Source: Anaerolineales bacterium (GTDB taxonomy: Bacteria > Chloroflexota > Anaerolineae > Anaerolineales > JBHHUI01). Taken from it: 64,000 bases of DNA. The translations under genes were made by a program, and so were the position numbers. Shown one piece after another: positions 35,396 to 44,460 of the stretch (its first letter is position 1; each line of letters opens with the position of its first letter). The stretch spans positions 3,988,042 to 4,052,041 of the forward strand of contig OZ252150.1 of the NCBI GenBank assembly GCA_965248775.1. Reading direction: 5' to 3'. The notes under the pieces are model-generated. The model was not told the DNA's origin and did no database searches. It worked only from the letters and a program-made list of their open reading frames with translations.

Positions 35396-36729
35396 TAGGA
35401 ATGAGAATTAAATAACTTGTGCAAATGGGAGAGCGCGGTAATTCCATCGGGGCAAGAAATCATCAAAGATAATGCGCATGTTGTCCCTGAAATCTGTGGC
35501 TACTTTACGACCGGTTTCGTAGACCTGGTCAATAACATGGACAAAAGCTTTCAGTCCGGTCTTGGTGCTGGTTTTTTCCATCAGTTCTTTGACGAGTTTG
35601 CGGCTGGTGAAGATCACGCCTTGGCAAGCGCGGGTAACATGCGGGAAGAAACGGTGTTCGCTGGGGTTGTATTTCGAGCAATAGGGTGGATAGTGAGCAA
35701 TGCGAATTTCGACCCCGATTTCATCGGCCAGTGCTTGCAAGTCTTGCTTGAAGATGTAGTAGCGGGAACTGTTACTCCCGCCGCCATCGCAAAGCACGAG
35801 AATAGAAGTGGCGTTGGGATAGTGGTAGTGGCCGTATGTGTACCACCAATGGCGAAAGCTATCGCAAGCGAATTCACTGGTATCATGACTGCCGCCGAGT
35901 TGGATGTAGCCGACATTGAGACGCAAGTCGTAGAGACTGTGAGGAATGCTGACCCCAGCAGCATAGCTGTTGAAATCATGGTCATAAGTTTGCAGTTCTT
36001 CCAGGGTGTACAAATGTCCGTCTCGGTAGAAATTGCCCAGATATTCCTTTTTCTTGCTGTCCATGCTGACAATGGGATTGCCCGCCGCTTCGAATTCGGT
36101 CTTGAGCCGCGTGATGTTCTCAAATTGCTCGTTGCGGTTTTCAATCTCGGCCTTCAAACCGAGTTTCTTTTGCGCTTTTCGGCGGCGATAGTTGTGCTTC
36201 TGCAGCAACTTGCGCACCACATATTTGCTGACCACGATGTCGTGCTCGGCCCGCAACGCCGCAACAATCTCGCCCGGGGTCAGGTTCGTCCAGCGCACCC
36301 TCTCGTCCATCGGGTCACCGGCTGTGTGCTCGCGCAACACTGCCAGGAACTTCTCAGCAAGTTGCGCCCCCCATGTGACGTAGTACGGTTTGCGTCCGCC
36401 GCCTGGCTTCCGAATGCGCTGCTCCACTTCGCCCTTGGGCAAGCCACTGACTTCGCGGGCGCCTTTGCTCACCGTGTTGCGACTGCACCCCAACACCCGC
36501 GCAATGTAACTCCGTCCGCCGTGTCCAAATCTCAAGGCTTCGAAACCAGCAAAGCGACGCCCATCTTTCTCGTTCAAGCTGTTGTAAAAGCGGCGCATCA
36601 TTTCTTCATGTTCGGGCGCATAGGGTTTCATCATGGCCTCCTGGCTAGTGTTCTGATGAAGCCAAGAGAATATCACTGCTTGCATCCGTTGTGAACCAAC
36701 TGCCCAAATTATTTAATTCTCGTTCCTTA
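35396..36729 (-). mobile_element. ISAzo13-family (ISNCY group) insertion sequence, ~1334 bp, with ~20-bp imperfect terminal IRs (TAGGAATGAGAATTAAATAA / TTATTTAATTCTCGTTCCTTA)
   Basis: IRs seen directly at 35396-35415 and 36709-36729. A single ISAzo13-type transposase ORF lies inside. Confidence 0.7.
35408..36685 (-). CDS. ISAzo13-family transposase (Rhodopirellula-type DDE; likely start MMKPYAPE)
   Basis: Characteristic N-terminal HTH (YIARVLGCSRNTVSKG) and DDE region (VSMDSKKKE...LCDGGGSNSSRYY...PPYCSKYNPSEHR). Confidence 0.75.
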   Translation of the reverse strand: MQAVIFSWLHQNTSQEAMMKPYAPEHEEMMRRFYNSLNEKDGRRFAGFEALRFGHGGRSYIARVLGCSRNTVSKGAREVSGLPKGEVEQRIRKPGGGRKPYYVTWGAQLAEKFLAVLREHTAGDPMDERVRWTNLTPGEIVAALRAEHDIVVSKYVVRKLLQKHNYRRRKAQKKLGLKAEIENRNEQFENITRLKTEFEAAGNPIVSMDSKKKEYLGNFYRDGHLYTLEELQTYDHDFNSYAAGVSIPHSLYDLRLNVGYIQLGGSHDTSEFACDSFRHWWYTYGHYHYPNATSILVLCDGGGSNSSRYYIFKQDLQALADEIGVEIRIAHYPPYCSKYNPSEHRFFPHVTRACQGVIFTSRKLVKELMEKTSTKTGLKAFVHVIDQVYETGRKVATDFRDNMRIIFDDFLPRWNYRALPFAQVI

Positions 36730-37367
36730 CTGAGCGCTGCAAGCTCTGTCTCTTTCACAAATCTGTTCACGGCTGTAGCATTTGTCTTTGAATACTCGCG
36801 TAGCGCCCAGCCGATTGCCTTCTGGATAAAGAACTCGTTGGATTCGCAATTTTCGCGGATCAGCGCGAACAACAGGGCGTTGTCCGTCTCAGTCTTATAG
36901 CGCAACTGGAAAAGCAGCGTTGTGCGGCGCAGCCAGAAGTTGTCCGCTGAACGCCAGCGCTGAAGATATTCAGCACGCACCTGTGGGAAGCGGGCAAAGT
37001 GCGTTCCCACTGGATGAACAGCGAGCGCGTCCACAGTATCCCACCAAGACTTTGTAACAATCAGATGTTCGAGCATCCGCACAAATCCTGGCTCGGCCTG
37101 TTTCTGAAACTTCTGCAGCAAGTCCAATCCCCAATGCTGATATTCGCGCTGCGGTTGCTTCCATAAGTCACGCAGAACAATATCGAGTTGTTCAACAGCG
37201 GGGAGGCCAAAGGTAGAGATGAATTCTTTGAAAAGTTCGCGACGCTTTGGAGCTTTGATCCCATAGAACTCAAACTTGTTACGCATATAACGCACCATCG
37301 ATTCGGCTTGCGCAGTATCCGCATGTTGTTCAAAGATTGTTCGTAGTGGTTGCATGTAACTGTGCAT
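36730..37367 (-). CDS. DNA alkylation repair protein (AlkD-like HEAT-repeat glycosylase) whose last codons are replaced by ISAzo13 end sequence
   Basis: AlkD/AlkC-like HEAT-repeat pattern. The ORF runs to 36645 but residues after ...SKERE are read from the IS terminal repeat. Confidence 0.6.
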
Positions 37368-37399
37368 GCAGGTGAATAAGGCAAATTAAAAACAGCTTG

Positions 37400-38275
37400 T
37401 TATTGCTCAGGAGTTGCGGTTGGAGACTCCACAACGCGGAATTGTCCGGCCTGCTCCAATTCCTCGCCCACATAGATACGCACCTGATAATTCCCTGGGC
37501 GCCAGTCTTCGTTCTCCCACTTCGTCACCGCAAAGCCCGCTTCAAATCCATCCCATGGAAAGGTCTCAATGTATATCGGTTCGGACTCGTAAAACCAGAC
37601 TGTTGTCCACTGCACTTCAGGGATCATCCCCGTATAGGTGAAGAGAGTGACAATTTGGGTCAGTCCCTCCGTTTCGAAAACCACGCCACCATTGATTGGA
37701 TCGTAACTTGTAGTGTAATCCTGCGCGAAGGTAAAGAGTCCGATCACAGTGTCGGGGTGAGGCGTCACTGTCGCAGCAGCAATATTCGTTATGAGAAGTT
37801 GGGGGTAAGCCGGGCTGCCGCTCGCCGTCGGCGATTGAGTCTGCGATGGCGAGACTGTACGAGACGGCGTCTGGGTTTGAGAAGGAGAGAGCGTGGACGA
37901 AGCGGTTGGTGTGACAGTTGGAGTAGAGGTAAGCGTTGGTGTATTTGAAGGTGTCGGCGTCGGAGTGATCGCGATCTCGACTGCGCGGATGCCAAATAGC
38001 TGACCACAGAGAGCCATCAATAACAACGCCCCCCCGACAATAAAATAACTCCAGCGCCGCCGCAACATTTGCTGACGCACCATAAAGAATGGTTCGCTAT
38101 CGGCGCGGCGGCTCAAAGCCCAACCTGCCAGCAGACTCAAAGCACCGCCAAGCCCGATAGCAGCGACAAAAATTCGGACGTAAGTCTCTGTAGAGAGTGA
38201 AAACATATTTTGCGGAATCCTTAAGCGCACATAGCATACTTCCGCTGCAGCCCCTGTCAAGACGAGTGATGCCAT
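37400..38275 (-). CDS. membrane-anchored protein with a Pro/Thr/Ser-rich linker and a C-terminal beta-rich domain (hypothetical)
   Basis: One TM helix. A low-complexity TPTPTPSNTPTLTSTPTVTPTASS linker. The C-terminal RPGNYQVRIYV motif resembles the repeats in the 26868 protein. Confidence 0.5.
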   Translation of the reverse strand: MASLVLTGAAAEVCYVRLRIPQNMFSLSTETYVRIFVAAIGLGGALSLLAGWALSRRADSEPFFMVRQQMLRRRWSYFIVGGALLLMALCGQLFGIRAVEIAITPTPTPSNTPTLTSTPTVTPTASSTLSPSQTQTPSRTVSPSQTQSPTASGSPAYPQLLITNIAAATVTPHPDTVIGLFTFAQDYTTSYDPINGGVVFETEGLTQIVTLFTYTGMIPEVQWTTVWFYESEPIYIETFPWDGFEAGFAVTKWENEDWRPGNYQVRIYVGEELEQAGQFRVVESPTATPEQ

Positions 38276-38312
38276 TTACCCTAGAAAGCGGACAGGTGCC
38301 ATAAAGCGTATA

Positions 38313-39719
38313 ATGCAGCCAAGCGGGACCGCACTTGTTATGACATCCACACCTGTCGATCAGACGTTACAAGCCGGCATCTCTGCCGTTCAGGAAGGCG
38401 ACAAAGCGCAGGCGCGCACTCTGTTGCTGCAAATGGTAGAACAAGACGATCGCATCGAACAAGCTTGGTACTGGCTCAGCCTGGCTGTAGAAGATGCGGA
38501 AGATAAAATCCTGGCCCTGGAAAATGTGCTCGTCCTAAATCCGGACCACGAGGTTGCCCGGAGCAATCTGGACTGGTGGCGGCAGCGAGTCAGATACGAG
38601 CGAGAAGACCACTCCGCGCGGCGCGCAACAGCGCAACCTGCTCAGGAACTCACAGCGGAGCCAGGCACCTCCTCTACAAGCGAAGACCAGTCTGACAACA
38701 GCGCTGTCTTCGCATCGGCAGCGCGCAGTACGATGCAGCCCGCGACAGAGCCGACTTTGGATTTGGAGACCCCATTCCTGCTCTCAAAAGATACTGATGC
38801 GGAGATTGAGTACGCTACAGCCCTCGGTCGAGACGGCGCATACGATCCCAATCAATGTATCTATTGCGGCTACCTGGCTGCACTCGAAGACCGGCGTTGT
38901 CCGGACTGCAAACGCAAACTAGTTGCCCCGCGCGAACGTACCCGCATTGCCTCTGGCTATTTAAAATCCGGGCGCGTTGTCCTGATAATGCTCACTGCCC
39001 TAGCCATTTTCGAATTTCTGCTTACGTATTCCATCGTGAGAACCCCAGGCGAATCACTCACTCGTGCACTTGATTTTATAACCAACTTCATTGGTTATCG
39101 CCTCGTCTTTGGCGATATCAGTAGTCTGGATACGCCCATTGTTATAGCTCTGATGGGTGCCCACGCGCTGCGGGTATTGTTGTACATTGTTGTTCTGGCG
39201 GGTTTATTCGTGCGCTTGAACTTCAGCTTCTATCTCAGCATTCTTCTGCTCGCAGCGGAAGTGCTGTTTGCCGGTTATCGCTTTACAAATGATTTCTCCG
39301 GTTTGGGACTACTCATCATAAGCATTGCCCTTGAATTGTCGGGGCTCTACCTTATCTTCGCCTCCGAACGAGACTTCGATGTTGCCGAAGAGCGCGTGCG
39401 CTGCGAACCGGACAAGGCTGCTAAATCGGCCGGAGAACTCAGCCGGCGGGGCTATAAATACTCACAAGAAGGGAAATGGGGATTGGCTGTTTCTCACTTC
39501 CAGGGAGCCGTAGCGTCTATGCCGGATGAGCTTCAACTTTACAAACAACTGGCACCCGGCTATGCTCAGATCGGTCGTTATCGACGCGCATTGAGAGCGC
39601 TCGAAGAAGCCCAACGCCGCCAGCCGCAGGACACCGATACTGCGGAACTGATTGCCATGGTTAAGGATCAACAAGAAAACGACCCGAAACGTGGTGGAGA
39701 ATGGTGGATAGAAATTTAA
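38313..39719 (+). CDS. TPR-repeat protein with a zinc-ribbon (CxxC...CxxC) and 4 TM helices (hypothetical)
   Basis: N- and C-terminal TPR-like helices. CIYCGY...CPDCKRK. A central hydrophobic block. Confidence 0.5.
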   Translation: MQPSGTALVMTSTPVDQTLQAGISAVQEGDKAQARTLLLQMVEQDDRIEQAWYWLSLAVEDAEDKILALENVLVLNPDHEVARSNLDWWRQRVRYEREDHSARRATAQPAQELTAEPGTSSTSEDQSDNSAVFASAARSTMQPATEPTLDLETPFLLSKDTDAEIEYATALGRDGAYDPNQCIYCGYLAALEDRRCPDCKRKLVAPRERTRIASGYLKSGRVVLIMLTALAIFEFLLTYSIVRTPGESLTRALDFITNFIGYRLVFGDISSLDTPIVIALMGAHALRVLLYIVVLAGLFVRLNFSFYLSILLLAAEVLFAGYRFTNDFSGLGLLIISIALELSGLYLIFASERDFDVAEERVRCEPDKAAKSAGELSRRGYKYSQEGKWGLAVSHFQGAVASMPDELQLYKQLAPGYAQIGRYRRALRALEEAQRRQPQDTDTAELIAMVKDQQENDPKRGGEWWIEI

Positions 39720-40180
39720 CAGCTGTCGTTGGCCGCTTGCAAATTACGCTGCGCCGTGCCCGACTGCGCGATTTGCCAGCTCTGTTACATCTGGAAAAAC
39801 TCTGCTTCGACCGGGACTCCTGGGGATCCTTTGGGCTGCTCTGGGCACTCCTTTCCCCACGCAATGTGAACCTGCTGGCCGAATTCAGATCGCGTATCGT
39901 TGGGCTTATCGTCGGCGAGAAAAGCTCCTGGCGTAAACAGGCCATCATTGCAAACCTGGCCGTGCATCCGGATTTTCGGCGGCGCGGACTCGGCGGACAC
40001 TTGCTGAAAACTTGTGAATCGCTCACAAAATGGCCGAGTTACTACCTGACCGTTCGCAATTCGAATGCCGCGGCGATCGCACTCTACGAGAACTCCGGAT
40101 ATATACGCATTGGTGTCCGCCGCTATTACTATGCGGGCGGGGAGGACGCCATCGAAATGCAGAAAACAGCAAAAGATTGA
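39701..40180 (+). CDS. GNAT family N-acetyltransferase (RimI-like)
   Basis: GNAT motif A region (VHPDFRRRGLGGHLL). Confidence 0.75.
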   Translation: MVDRNLTAVVGRLQITLRRARLRDLPALLHLEKLCFDRDSWGSFGLLWALLSPRNVNLLAEFRSRIVGLIVGEKSSWRKQAIIANLAVHPDFRRRGLGGHLLKTCESLTKWPSYYLTVRNSNAAAIALYENSGYIRIGVRRYYYAGGEDAIEMQKTAKD

Positions 40181-40325
40181 CGACGCTTTCCCCCATCTGG
40201 TAGAATTCCCCCCTGGCAATAAATGCCACTAACATCGCAAGATTTATGACAACCAGGGCGTTGTACCCTTCGCCCGCCAAATTTCGCGGACAAAATATCA
40301 GTCCGCACTCCAATCCAGAAAGGGC

Positions 40326-40904
40326 TTGACTCCAATGAGAGTATTGCTGCTTAAAGACGTATATAAGCTCGGCCACGCCGGTGACGTGAAGAAAGTCGCC
40401 GATGGTTTTGCACGCAATTATCTGATCCCGCAAACCTTAGCTACGCCAGCCACGGCCGGCGCACTCAAGCAAGCTGACCGAGTGCGATCTGTCGCAACTG
40501 ATCTGCGCGAAAAGGAAAACAAAGAAAAAGCTGGGCTTGCCGGCGCGCTGGCAGACCTGGAGCTCACCTTCCCGGTACGCGCCAGCGATCAGGGCAAACT
40601 TTACGGTTCTGTGACACACCAGATGATCGCCGACGCCATCGCAGCCACAGCCGATGAGAATATCGATCGCCGCAGTGTCATGTCGCCACCGTTACGCCAA
40701 ATCGGCACATTCAAGGTTCCGATCCGCCTGACCTCCGACTTGGTTCCGGAAGTGACTGTGATTGTCCACCACGAAGATGAAGAACCGGGTGCTGTCACAG
40801 AACCTGCGACAGAGGCAACCGAAGAGCCCGCAGCAGAAGTCGAGGAAGAACCTGTAGTTGAGGAAGTAGAACAAGAAGCAGAGGTTGAAGAGGCTACTGC
40901 CTGA
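40326..40904 (+). CDS. rplI: 50S ribosomal protein L9 with a ~45-aa acidic C-terminal extension
   Basis: MRVLLLKDVYKLGHAGDVKKVADGFARNYLIPQ is the classic L9 N-terminus. The tail is EEPGAVTEPATEATEEPAAEVEEE... Confidence 0.9.
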   Translation: MTPMRVLLLKDVYKLGHAGDVKKVADGFARNYLIPQTLATPATAGALKQADRVRSVATDLREKENKEKAGLAGALADLELTFPVRASDQGKLYGSVTHQMIADAIAATADENIDRRSVMSPPLRQIGTFKVPIRLTSDLVPEVTVIVHHEDEEPGAVTEPATEATEEPAAEVEEEPVVEEVEQEAEVEEATA

Positions 40905-41051
40905 TCGTTCAGCTCGATTATCAAAACGCCGGATACAGCAATTCTTAGTCGGCGATGTCTACCTCGACCTTGCAAGATCCGACATGCGCTGCCTGCCTTG
41001 TCGTCAAACTTAGGTGGCAATCTCTGAGAAGGGGTTTTTGGTTTTAACCTG

Positions 41052-42020
41052 ATGTTAGAAGCTCTGGGGAAGAGCCTGCGCGAGGCCCGTGAGGCTCGCG
41101 GTCTGACACTGGAAGATGTTGAGAAGGCCACGCGCATCCGGGCCCGGTACCTCGAAGCCCTGGAGGCGGGCCAGTTCGAAGCGCTCCCTAGCGCTGTTCA
41201 GGCCCGAGGTTTTCTGCGCAACTATGCGCGACATGTCGGTCTGGACCCCTCCGAGACAATGACGCGCCTGGAAGAAGCGCTCCACGCATCGCGCCGCATC
41301 TCAATTTTCAAACGCTTCCGCCGCAATAAAAAATCTATAGCAGAAGATGCGCCTACACTTGAAAACGGTGTCAAGCCTCTGCCTGTCAGTGAAGCCCCGC
41401 CTTTTGATCCGGCACAATTCGAGTCTGCTGCCATGCCGCGCCTGTCTCGTATGCGCCGCTTGCGACAGTTGATAACGGTGGACGCAGTCATCATCGTTGC
41501 GCTCTTTTTCGGCATTGTCACGTTCTTTATCTGGGGTGGCTCGCGGGTTGCTGCCGCCGTCCTCACCCAACCAGAGATTACTGCTACACCCCAGGTGATT
41601 GGCCCGGCGGCCACACCAACGATCCTCGCAAATATCACTTTTACACCCACAGCGCCTCCTCCGTTGACGAACTTCTCAGAGGTGCAGCTCGAACTGTATG
41701 CAGAACAGCGTGCCTACGTGCGCGTTACTGTTGATGGCGAGATCAGGTACGAAGGCCTGCTGGCCGCTGGAGAACAACTGACCTATTCCAGCGCGCAACT
41801 TGTGGAAGTGACTACCGGCAATGCGGCCGGTGTGCGCATTGTCTTGAATGGCTCCGACTTCGGTACGCTGGGCGAATTTGGTGAGGTCGTCACGCACATT
41901 TACGAACCCAACGGCTGGGTCACACCAACCCCATCTATAACCCCAACACCCAGCGAGACCCCGGACATAGTCGAAACACTACCGGTCCTAGACGAAACTG
42001 AAGGCGATGCAAATGCCTAG
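41052..42020 (+). CDS. RodZ-like cytoskeleton protein (XRE-type HTH + TM + DUF4115-like C-terminal domain)
   Basis: N-terminal HTH (LGKSLREAREARGLTLEDVEKATRIRARYLEALE), a single TM helix, Pro/Thr-rich linkers. Confidence 0.7.
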   Translation: MLEALGKSLREAREARGLTLEDVEKATRIRARYLEALEAGQFEALPSAVQARGFLRNYARHVGLDPSETMTRLEEALHASRRISIFKRFRRNKKSIAEDAPTLENGVKPLPVSEAPPFDPAQFESAAMPRLSRMRRLRQLITVDAVIIVALFFGIVTFFIWGGSRVAAAVLTQPEITATPQVIGPAATPTILANITFTPTAPPPLTNFSEVQLELYAEQRAYVRVTVDGEIRYEGLLAAGEQLTYSSAQLVEVTTGNAAGVRIVLNGSDFGTLGEFGEVVTHIYEPNGWVTPTPSITPTPSETPDIVETLPVLDETEGDANA

Positions 42021-42116
42021 CAACTCACTCTGGCAGTAGAAATTCTTCAAAGATACAAAGTGGATTGACGCTGGCTGCCAGATCATTTCTCTCTGAGCTC
42101 TGACAAATTTAGATCC

Positions 42117-42302
42117 ATTCGAGTTTCGCCACGCGCTTTTCCCATTGGGCCGGCAGCAGAGAATGCGCTCACAATCCTAAGTTCAATAGCATAGCCCCGA
42201 TTACACTGCTGTTACGGATCACAACGCAGCACAATGCGAGATTTGACTCGCCGCAACTCAATGTGATACTATTAGTTTCGCCAGAAGAAATTGAGTTTCG
42301 CC
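42117..42302 (+). promoter_or_regulatory. three direct copies of (A)GTTTCGCC (ATTCGAGTTTCGCC 42117-42130; ATTAGTTTCGCC 42271-42282; ATTGAGTTTCGCC 42290-42302) upstream of the IclR-family gene; candidate operator sites
   Basis: Repeats seen directly in the 270-bp intergenic region. Confidence 0.35.
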
Positions 42303-42332
42303 TACCAAAACTACTCGGGAGACCCGCGGTTC

Positions 42333-43121
42333 ATGTCGAATTCGGCTTATACAATCGAATCTCTGGCGCGGGGGCTCACAGTCCTTAAACTCTTTTCACG
42401 CGAACATCCGGCCCTCACGTTCTCACAGATCGTGACGGCCTCCGGACTCAACAAATCCACCGTGTTTCGCATCATCTCCACCCTAACAACGCACGAATTC
42501 CTTCAACTTGATCCTGATACCCGCCGTTATCGACCCGGCTTGAACGTGCTGCAGCTCGGATTCACAGCGCTTTCAAGCCTCGAATTACGGCAAGTGGCAA
42601 GACCTTACATCGTGCGCCTATCGAGTCAGGTGGGCCAGACCGTCAGCTTGAGCGTGTTGGACGGCATGCATGTGATCTACGTGGATCGTGTGCGCAATCA
42701 CGAACCGGTCGGTGTGGTATTGGGTTTGGGTTCGCGCATACCGGCGCAATGTGCTTCGCTCGGCAAAGCCATCCTGGCGTTCCTGCCCCCGGACGAACTC
42801 GCTGCCCGGCTTGACAATAGTGACCTGTCACCGTGCACGCCTAATAGCATTATCGACCGCGCAGCGCTTAAAGACGATCTGGCTACCGTGCGCGCACTTG
42901 GATATTCAGTCAACGATCAGGAGTGGGTACTGGGTCTGCGCTCAACAGGAGCACCAATTCTGGGAGACGACGGGGGGGCAGTCGCATCGGTGAACATTGC
43001 GGTTTCTGCCATGCAGTTCAGTCGCGAGGAATTGGAAGCGCAGCTCTCGCCGGCCGTACGCGATTCTGCCCGCGAAATCTCCCACGCGATGGGATTTGCT
43101 CCGGCACTCGTAACAAATTAG
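42333..43121 (+). CDS. IclR family transcriptional regulator
   Basis: N-terminal wHTH (SLARGLTVLKLFS...LTFSQIVTASGLNKSTVFRIISTL) plus a C-terminal IclR effector domain. The ORF-track TTG start at 42291 is less likely than ATG 42333. Confidence 0.8.
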   Translation: MSNSAYTIESLARGLTVLKLFSREHPALTFSQIVTASGLNKSTVFRIISTLTTHEFLQLDPDTRRYRPGLNVLQLGFTALSSLELRQVARPYIVRLSSQVGQTVSLSVLDGMHVIYVDRVRNHEPVGVVLGLGSRIPAQCASLGKAILAFLPPDELAARLDNSDLSPCTPNSIIDRAALKDDLATVRALGYSVNDQEWVLGLRSTGAPILGDDGGAVASVNIAVSAMQFSREELEAQLSPAVRDSAREISHAMGFAPALVTN

Positions 43122-43131
43122 GACTGGTAAT

Positions 43132-44460
43132 TTGACTGCCGATCATCCCTTCCGATTCTCGCGCGATGGCCTGCTTGGATTACCGGCATCCCCCACGCTG
43201 GTTATCAACGATCGCATCAAAGAAATGATGGCCGCCGGTCAGGAGGTCTTTCATCTCGGCTTTGGTGAGTCGCGCTTCCCCGTGCATCCACTGCTGGCGC
43301 GCGCATTGCAAGATAACGTTCACAAGCGCAGCTACCTGCCGGCGCTGGGCATTCCTGAACTGAGAGCGGCCATCGCCGCATATTATTCCAACAAATTTGA
43401 TCGTCCAATCTCTCCAGAACAGGTCGTCATCGGTCCAGGTAGCAAAGCTTTGCTTTTCGCGCTCATGCAGGCGCTGGATGCGGACATCGTGCTACCGACT
43501 CCGGCTTGGGTATCCTATGGAGCGCAGGCGCAGTTGGCCGGACGCCCGATACTGCAAGCGCCAATGGACCCCGCGGCGGATTATGCGCTGGATGTCGACC
43601 GTCTTGCTCACGCCATTGATCAGGCCAACACAGAATGGCGCCAGCCCGACCTGCTACTACTCAACACACCCAACAACCCGACCGGTACTGTAATGTCGGC
43701 TGAGACAGCAAAAGCAGCAGCTGAGTTTGCACGCGAACACAAGATGGTGATCTTCAGCGACGAGATTTACAGCCTCGTCACACACCCGGATGTGGCATTT
43801 GCCTCACCGGCGCAATATTACCCTGAGGGCACGATTGTATTCGGTGGACTGAGCAAACATATGTCGTTGGGAGGCTGGCGATTTGGGCTGGCGATTCTTC
43901 CCTCCGGGGAAGCAGGGACTCAGCTCGCACGGGCATTGCAGGCCATTGCCGGCTGCACCTGGTCGTGTGTCGCGGGGCCGGTCCAGTATGCTGCTTTGGA
44001 GGCTTATCGCGGCAGTCCCGAAATCGAAAACTATATCGAAGCCTCCACTCGCCTGCACAGCGCGCGCACAAACTATCTCTACGAAGCATTTGAGGAATTT
44101 GGCCTGACATGCCCCGCGCCACAGGGAGGCTTTTATTTGTATCCATCCTTCGCGCGCTGGCGGGAGCCATTGGCAGCCCGCGATGTGAATACCTGCCAGG
44201 ACCTCTCCATGCATCTGCTCGATCGTTATCAAATTGCCATTCTGCCCGGCTCCTCCTTTGGGGACAACCCGCACGCCTTGGCATTGCGCGTCTCCACCAG
44301 CTATCTCGATGCCGAGACGGACGAACAAGCGACAACACTCATGGAAGCCTTTCAGAAAAATGGTAGCCCCGAGAATTTTATTCAAGACCACAACCCGCGC
44401 CTACGCCAGTTAACCGAGCGTATCGCCGGTTTTATTGGTGAACTTGAAGGTGAACTATGA
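43132..44460 (+). CDS. PLP-dependent aminotransferase, class I/II
   Basis: Fold-type I aminotransferase. Conserved NPTG (LNTPNNPTGTV) and the lysine region (GGLSKHMSLGGWRFG). Confidence 0.8.
   Translation: MTADHPFRFSRDGLLGLPASPTLVINDRIKEMMAAGQEVFHLGFGESRFPVHPLLARALQDNVHKRSYLPALGIPELRAAIAAYYSNKFDRPISPEQVVIGPGSKALLFALMQALDADIVLPTPAWVSYGAQAQLAGRPILQAPMDPAADYALDVDRLAHAIDQANTEWRQPDLLLLNTPNNPTGTVMSAETAKAAAEFAREHKMVIFSDEIYSLVTHPDVAFASPAQYYPEGTIVFGGLSKHMSLGGWRFGLAILPSGEAGTQLARALQAIAGCTWSCVAGPVQYAALEAYRGSPEIENYIEASTRLHSARTNYLYEAFEEFGLTCPAPQGGFYLYPSFARWREPLAARDVNTCQDLSMHLLDRYQIAILPGSSFGDNPHALALRVSTSYLDAETDEQATTLMEAFQKNGSPENFIQDHNPRLRQLTERIAGFIGELEGEL

Noticed and set aside
35417-36694. 425-aa plus-strand ORF exactly mirroring the ISAzo13 transposase
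   Set aside because: Same length as the transposase but Val/Ala/Gly-rich low-complexity translation without motifs. The minus-strand product has clear ISAzo13 transposase blocks.
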